Shown: positions 50,072 through 62,929 of the stretch, in pieces
How the letters are laid out: every line of letters starts with the position of its first letter
Numbering within the stretch: position 1 is the stretch's first letter
NCBI GenBank assembly: GCA_021613535.1
Contig: CP075497.1
Coordinates: 8,742,001 to 8,806,000, forward strand
Source: Adineta vaga
Lineage: Eukaryota > Animalia > Rotifera
Direction: 5' to 3'
Length of the DNA stretch: 64,000 nucleotides
Program-made: the position numbers and the translations under genes
The notes under the pieces: generated by a model
Told to the model about the DNA's origin: nothing
Database searches by the model: none
The model's input: only the letters and a program-made list of their open reading frames with translations

Positions 50072-51130
50072 TTATACACGTCTTTTATTAAACATCCGAC
50101 ATAATTCTTCACGAAACATACTTGACGTTGTTAAACAAACAAAAAAAGGTGTCGAACACGATAGATATTCAAGACTGTCAATGATAACTTCAGCTAATTG
50201 AATATTGATCGATTTGGATGTTCCATATTTGATTTTATCACGTTGAATTTTATCATGTCTTTCGACAATTTTGAAGATTTTATATGGAGCTGTGCTGAGT
50301 ATGAAAACAAATGAGATACAACCAAGTGCAAATGTCAAATGAAGATGACGACGACGTCGAGCATGACTACATGTTGAAACAACAACTGGCTTTCGATTTA
50401 ATTCTTTTGGTTTGGCTGGTGTTAAATGCATTAAACGTGTTATCGTACTCCAACATTGTGTACGAATATGTAAAACTTCTTGTAAAATTCGAGAATTAAA
50501 ATAAAGAATAAGAAAAAATGGAATGAATGTTATGAAAACAACATCAATTAATGATTGACCATATGCCATATAAAGAGTAAACTTTTTTGCTGATAGTTTT
50601 ACTGAACATTTTGTTGTAGTTCGATTCTCTTTAACAACAGTAAATCCATATAATGTCGATAAAAATGACGAGTTTTTCAAGATAATCAAAAGAAGTGCAA
50701 TGATTAAGACATAGTAGAGATAATATTTTTTACGCCAATGTGAATAATATGTATGATGTACACAACAAATAAAACGATCAGTTGTTAAACTTAATTGAAT
50801 ATAAGCAGACATATCCAAAAATGAATAACGTATAAATTTATATAATCGACATGTTTCAGGTGATGTATAAATACGCATTGATGGTTCCATATAAAGTTTT
50901 AACAAAACATCAATAATAAATAGATATAATAGAATCAAATCATTGACACATAATAATCGTAAACAAATGGATGATGTACGTGTTAAACGTTTCTGAAATT
51001 TTGCTCGACAAAAAACTAAAAAACAAAGTGTATTTCCAATCGTAGCTAATGGTAAGATAATTAATGGAAAGATTCGATTCGTTTGATCAATACCATACTC
51101 TATAAGTTTGTCTGTTAATGAGAGATTCAT
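50072..51130 (-). CDS. Rhodopsin-class orphan GPCR (peptide/chemoreceptor-like), intronless
   Basis: Seven TMs. GN in TM1, LCVND in TM2, TDRF in TM3, IPF in TM5, STAPY in TM6, MFREEL helix 8. Confidence 0.85.
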   Translation of the reverse strand: MNLSLTDKLIEYGIDQTNRIFPLIILPLATIGNTLCFLVFCRAKFQKRLTRTSSICLRLLCVNDLILLYLFIIDVLLKLYMEPSMRIYTSPETCRLYKFIRYSFLDMSAYIQLSLTTDRFICCVHHTYYSHWRKKYYLYYVLIIALLLIILKNSSFLSTLYGFTVVKENRTTTKCSVKLSAKKFTLYMAYGQSLIDVVFITFIPFFLILYFNSRILQEVLHIRTQCWSTITRLMHLTPAKPKELNRKPVVVSTCSHARRRRHLHLTFALGCISFVFILSTAPYKIFKIVERHDKIQRDKIKYGTSKSINIQLAEVIIDSLEYLSCSTPFFVCLTTSSMFREELCRMFNKRRV

Positions 51131-52347
51131 TTTGATGTGTGAACTAGTTATTGGAATGATGCCATTACCATTAATAAGAGCAAATATTTGATGCTAACTA
51201 AATGGTGAGCTTGTTTTTTTCTCTTCAGATTCATTTCCTCTATTTCTTCAACAATAAATAGAAAGAGAGTAATGATGCACTAGAGTCAGCACATTCCAAT
51301 TAACAAATATATTTCCGAAGAAGAAGAAGAAGAAAAAGAAGAAGAAAAGTCAAATCTCAATCGACACGCATGGAAATATATCTATATTGAGAGTAGAATG
51401 TTCATTCATCTCCGTGTGTGGTGTGTTTTATTGTAGACACATGTATGTTTACTTGTTTTGATTTTTTTATGACAACTATGATAATATTTGATCGATTGGA
51501 AAAAACTTGCATCAATGATGATAGATGAACGAACAAAATAGGTTAAGATTGATTGATCAATATGGACATATTACTATACATCAATTGTATTGAACTAATG
51601 AACAATTGTACTATTATAATACATATCTTATTCTGTTCATTCATTGAACAAGATCATTGATAGATTAGAGATAGACAAAAAAACGGGAGGAGCTCTTATA
51701 CGTATATGCACACATCCCATATGTATTCTCAATGTTCTCAATGATGGGCATGTTGATATGTCGATAATTTAAATTAATGATCAAGTTGAAGTAAAAAAAA
51801 GAACACTACTGTATTTTTATTCATGAATCCCAAGCATATGAATAGAGATGAATATGTAAACATGTTGATAAAAGTATTCTCAATAAGTAGCCATAAAAAT
51901 ATAGCAATCAAATTAATTTTTTATAACCAATGGCGTAAGTAATATAAAAAACAGATCGTCTCAATGTCGACGATTATATTATTAATCATTAACAGAATAG
52001 TAGTATGTCATTACGTTTATATTCTCAGTGACAGACAATAAAAGAGAATGTCCTAGTGTAAGTATTTAAATACACACCTGTTTACATCCTTGATATATCT
52101 ATCGTTTTCTTTCGTTGTCCTCCTTCTCTCTCTCTCTCTTCTTCTTCTTCGTTGTCAATTTGTTGCTCATATGAATACTCCTATTTGATTGTCTCTTATT
52201 CATATACATATATTTCTTTAGCCTTCGTTATACTTTTCGTATTTTGTTAGACTAGATAACAATAAACAGTGTTTCTTTCCATGAATATATATATACTAAT
52301 GCTTCGTATTATATAATCACTACAAACAATTGAAAAGATACGTAAAT

Positions 52348-53991
52348 ATGTCGAAAAAAAGTGCTTCACCAGCAGCTAGCCAACATTCAGCGACTACAAT
52401 AAATACAGATGTGTCGATCATGAAATTAGTTGATATTAAGGGTGAAACACGTGATCAATGTAAACATTTATTTTGTTGAAACATTTTTCAAATCATTCGA
52501 TAATTTGTTTTTAGTTAAAACGATTGAAAAAGTCAACACTAGTCCACATCTCTATCTCAATCTTGCAACAAGTCCACATATGTATTTAAATGTTGACGCA
52601 TCATCGTTAGCATCAGTAAGTGTCTATCTTTTTTTTTTTCGTTTTCAAATATCCTTTAATATCTGTTATAATGAATATGCATAGACACAACACAATGCTC
52701 CATCGGTTCGATCAGTACTCATATCTAAACACAAATCTTCTGATTTTGCTGTGAGCTTGACTATTTTGTTTCTCTTTCTATTCTTTTTTTTCAATCAACT
52801 TTACGCTAGCCACCCACTGATAATGCACAACCACCAGAACCAGCAGCAATAACAACAACCGATAAAAAAACACTTAAAATTTGGCCAGCTGTTAAATCAT
52901 TAAACGAAATTCAAAGAAGTGAAAGTGTATCATTAACATCAGAACGCAATCAGAAAAATAAACACCATCATCATCATCGCCGTCATTATCAACATAATAG
53001 AAAACGCCGTCATTCGTGTCATCATCATCATCGTCATAGTTATCATCCTCGATCTAACAGTGTTGAAGAACAACGTAAGCAAACAAATCGTCCTTCACCT
53101 AAAGTGATTATTGCAAATTCAAAACCTAGTACACCACAAAAACCAGTTTTAGTTTATCGTCGAATATTGAACAATAAAGGTTATACAGTCAATGCCGATA
53201 CTGTAGCCAATGTTTCACAAGAAGCTAATCGTGAATCAATAGTATCGAATAATCAACAAGAACCCTTGATTATCTATCAAGATTCAAATATTCCGCAAAA
53301 TGTTAAAATGAATAAAAATGTGTCGCCAGTTATCGTAGATCAAAATCGAACATCAGTAAGTTAATCTTGACGCAATATTTTTCTTTCATAAATCCTTGAA
53401 CTTCATCCATTTACTCGATCTTGTCTTTCCCATATATGAATTAATTAATTCTATCTTCCATAGAAAAAGCAAAAAGGAAATATTCCATTAAAATCTGTTG
53501 AAAACAAAATAGTATCTCAACGAACAACATCTCAAAATGAAATTCAGGTTGAGAGTTATCCACATATGATTTATACGAAATCACCTTCAACGATTTGCAC
53601 TGATTCATGTCCAATAGTTAATAATTCTTGTGGTATTCAACAAATCGAACAAGTCTATTATGATGATAGTTGTTGTACTCCATCAACGATTACGGATTGT
53701 ACATCAGATTCTTATGTATGAAAAACAAACAAAAAATAAAAGAGAACAGCTCAATTAAAAACTTAACTGCTTCTTTTTGTTGATTGACGCTTTCATTAAT
53801 TTTTCTTCTTGTATTATTTACATATTCTGAAAACTATGTTTGATTTCCGTTAGATTCTTCAACAATATGATTCATCGGTTTGTATGCCTCAACAACAGCA
53901 ACAACAAATACTTTTATGTAGTGATCCAACGACAACACAAGATTTCGTTTGTTCGTCATCAAACTGCAATTTCGTTCAACAGATACCATGC

Positions 53992-54022
<31 letters not shown>

Positions 54023-55712
54023 ATATTTGTATTGACAATACATCACCAACTATTATTAATCAACTACCTGTTTGTAATTCTATATCAACAAGTACACAAC
54101 CTCAATCTTATTTATGCGTATCACAAACATCATCTCCACAATCGGCTAGTATCGTGATTCAACAACCATCTCAAATGTCAGCTCAACCAATTCAGTTTAT
54201 TCAGAATCCACAACAACAAACAGGTCAATATCTAAAAATCTCTTCAGCTTCGCCACAAGTCATTCAAGCAATTCCATCGCCAGGACTTGGTAGTATTCAG
54301 CCACAAATCATTCAAACTGTTCAAGGTATGGAATTAGTTTTTAGTTTTCTCTGTCACAGTATTTAACTTTTTTTAGCACCAGCTCAAACGATAACAGGTA
54401 AAACTCACTATGACTTTTATTTGGTGATGATTTTTCGATTAAAATACTAATCTTAATAATTCTGTTGATTATTAGTTTAAGTGTGTATGTTTTATCTAAC
54501 AGTGAGTTTAATAAGCGACAATTCTTAGATATACACTTTTTCGTCTTCATAAATTTTAGCTAGCCCACAAATTCTTTACCAACGTCCTTATGACCCCATT
54601 GTTGTACCAGTTCAAAATCAACAATTTTCTCTTGCAACCACTCCTGCAATCGGATTGAGTCAACCATGCTACATACCACAATCACGTGTAAACAATGGAC
54701 CACGTTTATTTCAACATGCTCTTGCTCGAGTAAGATCTTTTATCCAATAGAAAAAAAGTAGAAACAACAGAACTCAACAATTCTAGGCTGTTTCTGATCG
54801 TACTGGTATGCCTTCCTGTTTACCACCTAGCACTGATATTCAAATACCACAAAGACCATTTTCTCATGCATTCGATGGTGGACGATTAGCTTCCACTGCA
54901 AAGTAATATATCTGTTTCATATTTGCTATTCTATTGGCATGCGTATGCTTCTCTCGCTTTTCTAATGCAAAAAAAAGTAATATTCTCGGATATGTTGAAT
55001 GATTTTTTTTGTTCCGAAATTCATCTTCCGTCTATTCATTTGAGATGGTTCATCAACTCATTCATATTTCAAATAGCTATCTCCTGTTTATAGCAGTCTA
55101 TCTACCGATAAGTTACCATCATCTATGTCTGTACCAATCATACCTATGGGTACGAATGGTTTACTTATTCCATTCAAACCTTCACCATCATCACCTAACA
55201 TAAGCAATGGCATATCTTCTCAATCTAGTAGTTATCCATCAAGTAGTAGAAATATTGATCGTATTCGACAACAGATTCAACGACGAGCACAGTTCTTAGC
55301 TGATTATAAACGAAATAATCCTACACAACTCTCATCAGCCCGTACGAATTCAGCAAATCCTATAGTTCCATCGCAACCTAATTTTTCGTCACATATTCAA
55401 CAACCATTTGCTGTACCTCTATCATCAACTGAAAGACGGCCATCCACTTCAATCATACCAAATTCATCACCACTATCTTCTACATCCCGATTGCCTGTTC
55501 CACCACCCTTACCGAGTTCTCAGACACCATATATACGAGGAAATATTTTTGGTACTTCGAGTAGTAGTTCAAGTAGATCATCAGCTTCATCAACATCACC
55601 AATGCCTGAACTCGATCATCTGCATCGGGACTTGGCTATGCCCAAGCTTCCTTCACAAATTCTCGTTCTGGATCGACTTCATCCGGACCATTTACTCTCT
55701 ATCAATCATTGA
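52348..55712 (+). CDS. Multi-exon low-complexity protein (His/Arg-rich, Cys/Gln-rich, Pro/Ser-rich); 3' end uncertain
   Basis: ATG at 52348 followed by a series of GT-AG introns. HHHHHRRHYQHNRKRRHSCHHHHRH tract, Cys-spaced polyQ block at 53460-54330, Pro/Ser-rich last exon. Confidence 0.55.
53992..54021 (+). repeat. (CAA)n microsatellite encoding polyQ
   Basis: Directly visible. Confidence 0.9.
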
Positions 55713-56136
55713 GACCATGAACATATCATATAGTACAGGTATTGTTTCGCTCTAAAATGATGTATTAGTCTAAAGAAGGCTGCTCTTGTTCTCAAGGATG
55801 TCTTGTGATGTACATATTTTCTTGCTTTGGCTGATTGGCTATGCATTTGTATATATTTTATTTTTTTATTATTTCTTCACATTATTCATTATGTTTTAAT
55901 CATCCATTTGTCTTTCGTTTCAGAGGGCCAATCAGTCCGTTTAATATACCCAATTGTTCAATCATGTAGAACTATGTGAACCAATCTAGAACAATTCTCT
56001 TTGTACTCGAGTTTATTTTATTTTCATGTATGATGACAATCTCGTTTTTGTTCTTTCACTATTTATTCAAACAATTAAATCGCAAGATAGTTGTTCTTTT
56101 TTTTTCTTCTTTAATGATATGAAAATAAATAAAAGT

Positions 56137-57621
56137 TTACAAAGGATTTCTTTTACGTTTAAATCTAACCATACATGGTGGTTTCGGTCCAACCACAAGT
56201 ACAGAATAATCAGGTAATGGATGTTGTTGACAAACTTCAAAATCAAATTTACGTAATAAAATTGACCAAATAGTTTTTACTTGTAAATAAGCAAATCGTT
56301 CTCCTAAACAACTATGTCGACCACCACCAAATGCAATGAAACTAAATTTTTCTATTTGATCTTCAGCATTTTCACCTAAGAAACGTTCAGGATTAAATTC
56401 TGTTGGATTTTGAAAAACATTCGGTAATTGATGTGCTATAGGTGGTACAACAACAGCAATATCACCTTTTGACAAAACATATCCGTTATATGAAATAGGT
56501 TCTGCTACTTTTCTCATCAATAATATCAATGGTGGATATAATCTCAATGTTTCTTTCATAACTGCATGTAATAAATGCATTTCTCCTAAGGAATTAACTG
56601 ATAATTCTCCATTATATTTCTCCATAACTTGTTTTTGTTCATCTAATAATTTTGACATCCATTTCATTTGATGTTGTATCAATAATAATCCCATCCAAGT
56701 ACTAGTAATATTCGATGTATGTTGTCCAGCAAATAATGCAGCTAATAATAATCCAGTAATTTCATCATCCGTTGGGATTGAATCATCAAGATATCGTGCA
56801 TCAATAAGAACCTGCAAGAAATCGTCATACTCTGTATCATTACTAATTCGACGTTGTTTGATAATCTTCGAAAAAATTTTAGCAATCTGTTGACGAGCAA
56901 AATCACGTTTTTTATGTGCTTTTGTAGGTGCATTTGGAAAGAAAAATGATAAATGACTCATACCATCAGATAATTGTTGATATAGATGTGCAAATTCTGT
57001 TTGAATATTTTCACGAATTTCTTTTCCTAATAAACATCGTGAAGCTGTTAGAATAATTAATTCAGAAAATTCTTTCATTAAATCGACTTCTCCAGATTCT
57101 GGCCATTTATCGAACCATTCTTCAGCTTCCATAACAATTTTACCAACATGAGCTTTCATATTCATTTGATTTAAACCTTTATTAACAAATTTTAATTGTT
57201 GTTGCATAATTTTTGGTAATGCATCATAGACAATATTTTTACCGAAGACAGGAATTGTAAATGTATAAACTTCACGTTGTGATAGTTGAGTATCTTTTGC
57301 TTCGAAAAAAACACGATGTGCTTGTGGACCGATAAGAAATATAATAGATCGATGGAGTAATTGTATTCGAAAAATATCTCCAATAGATTTATATCCATCT
57401 TGAATAAGTCCAAGAGGACCTTTATTAACAAAATCGTATTTACCACGTAGAATTGATGTAAGTACTGGAAAGCGTGGTGGAGCTTTTCTAAGTCGGATAG
57501 AAAATATCAGATATGTTACAACTAACAAAAGAAGAAATGCAATTAAAATGTTAGTAGTTGTCAATGATACAAGTAACAATTTAGATAAATGATCAAATCC
57601 TGACAATACTATTTCCATCAT
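56137..57621 (-). CDS. CYP51: Sterol 14-alpha-demethylase (cytochrome P450 51), intronless
   Basis: N-terminal TM anchor, YTFTIPVFGKNIVYDA, I-helix FAGQHTS, ETLRLYPP, PERF, haem motif FGGGRHSCLGE. Confidence 0.93.
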   Translation of the reverse strand: MMEIVLSGFDHLSKLLLVSLTTTNILIAFLLLLVVTYLIFSIRLRKAPPRFPVLTSILRGKYDFVNKGPLGLIQDGYKSIGDIFRIQLLHRSIIFLIGPQAHRVFFEAKDTQLSQREVYTFTIPVFGKNIVYDALPKIMQQQLKFVNKGLNQMNMKAHVGKIVMEAEEWFDKWPESGEVDLMKEFSELIILTASRCLLGKEIRENIQTEFAHLYQQLSDGMSHLSFFFPNAPTKAHKKRDFARQQIAKIFSKIIKQRRISNDTEYDDFLQVLIDARYLDDSIPTDDEITGLLLAALFAGQHTSNITSTWMGLLLIQHQMKWMSKLLDEQKQVMEKYNGELSVNSLGEMHLLHAVMKETLRLYPPLILLMRKVAEPISYNGYVLSKGDIAVVVPPIAHQLPNVFQNPTEFNPERFLGENAEDQIEKFSFIAFGGGRHSCLGERFAYLQVKTIWSILLRKFDFEVCQQHPLPDYSVLVVGPKPPCMVRFKRKRNPL

Positions 57622-58937
57622 GTTTAAATGAGTTTTTTTTTATAGAATAATCATCTATAATAATTTAAGATAGAGCATGTACTAAAAACTACAAAAAGAT
57701 TCTTTTATATACGTATATCATTCGTAGACAGATACTGTTGTTTCTTTTTCTTTTTATCTTCGATATGTGTGACTTCACTATTCTCTTAGATCAAATAAGA
57801 GAAAGTTATCAAATGGCGTGATCCAAAACATTTGTTGTTGTATATTAAATAATTTTAACATTGATTTGTGAACGAAGATGATGTAATCTACGAATTTATC
57901 AGAATCAATTGTCTACAGAAGAAATCTGATCACTGAATAATCAAATCACTATACTTTTCAGGATAAAATTTAGAGAAACTTTACTTTTTCTTTGAAATGA
58001 TTTCAATATCTTCTGTTAGACAAACGAAATGGATGATTCTCGTTTGAACATGAAAAAAAATCTTATTTATTTCGTTCGTACGATCATCATTTTTGAAATT
58101 TTCATTTAAAACATACGATGCTTCATTAATCGTCAAGCTGTTCTATTTTTCACTTCATATATATTTCCAATCAAAGTTAGTATCATTTTACATGTTGCAG
58201 TCTCAAATATTACTCGTATTTTTCCTAAAAACGACTATCGTATTTCCATCATTTTAGAATACTTGTCTTAATCGATATTATCTTCATTAATTACAAATGT
58301 ACTCGATATTATATCAAATATTCAACAAGTCGCATGTAAGTATGTTTCGTTGCTTTGTTTTCATATATGACATAACGTCAACTACAGTGTTTAAAACTAA
58401 ATAAATATTAACAATCAGCATACCATAAAAAAGAAAGAGTATTTTAAAGAAATAAAAGAGAAATGAGATGTTTTATGGAGTGGTAAAGAGAACGTTCTTT
58501 TCTGTTCTTGAAATATCTACCAGTTTAATTTCTAACATGTCTACAAAATAGTGAGTTTTCCTCTAGAAATTTTCAAGCAACATGTCACTAAAGATTTTTC
58601 TTTCCAAATTGAAATTGTATACAAAAAAAACTTTTCTTTGATATATTTTCCTAATTCTATAGTATTCCTAAAAAGAAAAAAAACTTTTTTATGAGAGAAA
58701 TATTGACCTTAATGCACTGATCTGTCATTCAATATTTTCAGTTGGTTGAGATCAATTGACCAATCCCGAGTGAAACACGATATTAACTTGATGAATCATT
58801 ACATCTGTTTTGATGTCATCTGTGTCTATGCGCTGTTTTATTTCTTTCATTCTATAATCTTGTCATTTTTTTTCTCACAATACATTCATCATTTGATCTA
58901 ATCTGAAATATATTTATTTTTGAAAGATTGACAAAAT

Positions 58938-61276
58938 ATGACGAGCTTTTTTCGTGGAAGTGTCCAATCAACACCATTCCAACAAGCTATTGAAAAAGTA
59001 ACGGATGGAAATCAACAAGAAGAAGATTGGGGAACAATTATGAAGATTTGTGACCATGTTGCAGTTCATGAAGAAAGGTTTGTTTTTAGGTTTGAAATCG
59101 CCAGGAAATTCTTCTTGTTATTTATTAGTGCAAAAGAAGCAATGAAAGTGATTCGAAAACGATTACAATTCAATCCAACTTCAAATGGATGGCGTACAAT
59201 TGGATTAACATTAACAGTATGTTGATTTCTTAGTTTTTTTCTCTCGTTATGAAAAGAAATTTTCTTTTTCTTTTGTTTATTAGTTATTAGAGGCATTGAC
59301 AAAAAATTGTGGAAAGGTCTTTCATATACAACTGGCACAAAAAGATTTCTTGAAAGAATTGCGAGATATTCTGGCACCAAAAAATAATCCACCTACGGCT
59401 GTACAAGATAAAATTCTTGGCATGATACAAGTACAGCATCGATATTTGAATGAGAATTGACGTTTTAAATATATATATATATATTTTTATTTAGACATGG
59501 GCATTAGCTTTTCGTGATGATCCAGATTTGAAAAATGTCGAACAATTTTATCAAGAATGTAAACAACAAGGTATACTATTTCCACCAGCTGATCCAGATA
59601 ATATTATCAAAACAGCTGTTCCACCTACTGTAAGTTAAATGAATTCTTTGAATTAAGAAATTATTCTTGAGTCATTTTTAGGGAACAATTGAACGTCCTG
59701 GACGATCAATGGTAAGATAAAAACACAAGCGTCATCTGTTGATTAATTTTTCTTCTTCTCCTCTTTTCATAGTCTCAAACAGGAACTGGTGTAGCTTCTC
59801 GTCAAGTAACATGACTGAAAAGAATAGATTATAGGAAAGTTAGTTTTCTTTTTCTTTGATATAGCATCGTGCTGGATCCGGTGGTGCAACACAACCAGTT
59901 GCCCAAGAAAATACTGTCATAAGACAAATGACACCGGAGCAAATTGCTAAACTACGTAGTGAATTGGATGTCGTTCAAACAAATGCACAAGTCTTAGGAG
60001 AGATGCTTATTACTTTACAACCAGGCGAAGAACATTCACAAGATTTAGATCTATTAGTGGTAAAGTATTTTCTTTTTATATTACGAAATTTTCGTAGCAT
60101 TTTAGCTTCCATATAGTTTGTAAATAAAAAAAGAACGTTTCATCTTTCTTTTTAACTGATAAAATAATATTTAGATGATCTAAAAATCTTTTCTTTTCAT
60201 TCAAAGGAATTACATAAAACATGTAAACAAATGCAATCACGTATTATTGAATTACTTTCTCAAATTTCGATTGATGAAATTACTAGTAAATAATTTTTAA
60301 ATGTTGTTTTATGATTTTAAAGTTTTATATTTCATAATAACAGATGATCTTCTACGTTACAATGATGAGTTTAATAATTCATTTAAAACATTCGAAAGTT
60401 ATATGCAGGAACGCGAAAAACGTGTTGGTTCACCTTATATTCCAATTTCAAATCGTACGGCATCACCAACTAAAACTTCATTATCTACTTCTCAATCACC
60501 AACAAAAAAAGTACATTTTTCCTCTTTCTCGTAATCTTATGAAAACGTTTTTCATTTCAGACACCCTCATCATTCGGTAATCAAAATAATGAACCGGCTT
60601 TAATTAAATTTGACGAAGAACCTGCAACATTATCAACTGGTATACAAAATCTAAGTTCGTAATTCTCATTAATTTCAAGCGTCGAAATTCTTCTTTTCTT
60701 CCAGATATTAATCCATCATCACCAGATGCGATCTCAAAGAATACTCAACAACAATCAACGTAAGTATTCGAAAAATTGAACTTCCTAATCCATGTCGTCC
60801 ATCTTTTATTCTTGAAGAAGATTTATGAATATTGACTCATAAGCTTACATTTGCTCTTTGTTGTCTTTCTATGTTATTCTTTCGTCTCCTTTCAATCAAA
60901 ATTGACCCTATCAATCTTCTATCACACACACCAGATTCTCTACCTTAAATTACTTTTCTCAAATCGTTTTTATTTCTATATTCTAGTGCTACAGTAACAA
61001 CTCGAGCTGCTCCAAGTAATCAAGTAAAAAGAAGCTTTATTTATCATAACAAAAATAATGAAATTTTCTTCTTTTTAGGATCCTGAACATGATGTCAAAG
61101 AGGTTGAACAATGGTTAAATGTTCAAGATGATAAAGGTACAAATCAAAAAGATGGTACAACTACGGCATTCAATCAGTTTATTGAGAAACGTGCATCAAC
61201 TATTGCGGATGAACCAGCTCCGGAAGAACAAGGCTATGTGAATTTACAACCCGCACAGAATAATCCATATAACTGA
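58938..61276 (+). CDS. TOM1: TOM1/TOM1L2-like VHS-GAT adaptor, many small exons
   Basis: STPFQQAIEKVTDG...EDWGTIMKICD, LLEALTKNCGKVFH, TWALAFRDDPDL, GAT TPEQIAKLRSELDVV...LLRYNDEFNN, EVEQWL. Confidence 0.9.
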
Positions 61277-61802
61277 AATATATGAACAAGACTCTGACCA
61301 TTAACTTTCTTTCTTTCTTTCTCTTTTGCTATTTATCTCGTATTTCAAAACTAAACAGTGTTTTCGTTCTACTATGTATATTGTCGTGATACAAAAGAAA
61401 AAACAAATCAAGAAATAAATAAGCTTGCTTAAAACAAATACAACCATTTTTTAACTTATATATCTTATATAACATTCTTCTCTTTTTTTCTTCTCAAATA
61501 AAATCTATGGCATGCATTTTCATACCTGTGCGTTATTTTATCTTGCCATGTTCTTCTTCATCTTTTTCTCTCTTCAGTTGACATCGCAATAAACACACTT
61601 GCATACATACACACGCGCAAAGACACATCTTTATATCGTTTCTTATACCCCCATTTTTTTTGCTTCTTAGGTCGATAGAGATAAGCGAGCGAATAGTTTC
61701 TCTATTATTGTATATCAATTGTCAGCCGACGAGTAAGGTAAGATGAAATATGAGACTCGATACTTCATTTTTGCGAATACATATCTTTGTTTTGTAGAAA
61801 GA

Positions 61803-62807
61803 ATGCCAGTTAAAATTTATCATGATGAAGATGCTGATGTAAATATTGTGCGCAGTAAAACTGTTGCTTTTATTGGTTATGGTAATCAAGGACGAGCACA
61901 AGCATTGAATTTACGTGATAGTGGTGTGACTAATATCATTATTGGAAATATCGATGATGATTATGCAAAGCAAGCTCGTGAAGATGGATTTAATCCAATA
62001 AGTATAGAAGAAGCTGTTAGTCAAGGCAATATTCTTATGTTACTTATTCCTGATGAAGATCAACAAACTGTTTGGAATGAAAAAATTCGTAAAAATATTA
62101 AACCCAATAGTACATTAGTCGTTGCAAGTGGCTATAATATTGCATTTAATTTACTTGATTTACCTGATGATATGGATGCTGTCATGGTAGCTCCACGAAT
62201 GATTGGTGCCGGTGTACGTGATCGTTATGTACAGAATATTCCTTATCCGTGTTTTGTATCCGTTGAAAAAGATGTTAGTGGTGCAGCGTTAGCTACATGT
62301 TTATCTATTGCATGTGCAATTGGTGCTACACGAGGAAATGGTGCTGTAGGCTCATCATGTCGTGAAGAAGCTGGCATTGATTTATTTGCTGAACAAGCTC
62401 TTTGGCCAGAAATTATGGCAATATTTCGTGAAGGTTATAATGTTTTACGTGAAGCCGGATTTTCTGATGAAGCAATTTTATTTGATATGTATTTAAGTAA
62501 AGAACCAGCTGAAATTTTTGAACGTGCTGCTGATGAAGGTTTTGTTAAACAATTGAAATATCATTCTCGAACAAGTCAATATGGACAATTATCAACAATG
62601 AATCGTAATGATGGCAACGAAATTCGTGAAAAATTCCGACGCGTCCTTAATGATAATATTCTGTCAGGAAATTTTGCAAAGAAATGGTCGGATACAAAAT
62701 GGGCTGCAGAAGAATTAGCAAAAGAATGGAAAGAAGTCGAAAAAGCACCTATTGTACAAGCTGATCAACGTGTACGCGACGTTCTTAAACCAGACAGAAA
62801 AAAATAG
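61803..62807 (+). CDS. ilvC: Ketol-acid reductoisomerase (class I, short), prokaryotic type, intronless CDS
   Basis: KIYHDEDAD, IGYGNQGRAQALNLRDSG, LLIPDE, MVAPR, DLFAEQ, SRTSQYG. No mitochondrial/plastid transit peptide. 5'UTR intron ending at 61798. Confidence 0.92.
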   Translation: MPVKIYHDEDADVNIVRSKTVAFIGYGNQGRAQALNLRDSGVTNIIIGNIDDDYAKQAREDGFNPISIEEAVSQGNILMLLIPDEDQQTVWNEKIRKNIKPNSTLVVASGYNIAFNLLDLPDDMDAVMVAPRMIGAGVRDRYVQNIPYPCFVSVEKDVSGAALATCLSIACAIGATRGNGAVGSSCREEAGIDLFAEQALWPEIMAIFREGYNVLREAGFSDEAILFDMYLSKEPAEIFERAADEGFVKQLKYHSRTSQYGQLSTMNRNDGNEIREKFRRVLNDNILSGNFAKKWSDTKWAAEELAKEWKEVEKAPIVQADQRVRDVLKPDRKK

Positions 62808-62929
62808 ATTTTCTCTTATTTTTCTGATTTATCATTTATCTCTTCTCTCTTCTTTTTTTCTTTGTCTGAAGTAGATAGTTTGAAATAAAAAGTAAAGATT
62901 AGATAAACTCACCTTATGATACATTTTAG

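Noticed and set aside
38778-57621. Functional link between the STRA6-like lipid receptor and CYP51
   Set aside because: About 10 kb and three unrelated genes apart; nothing beyond thematic similarity supports it.
58029-58340. Exon-like fragments between CYP51 and TOM1
   Set aside because: Multiple stops and no recognisable homology; cannot support a pseudogene call.
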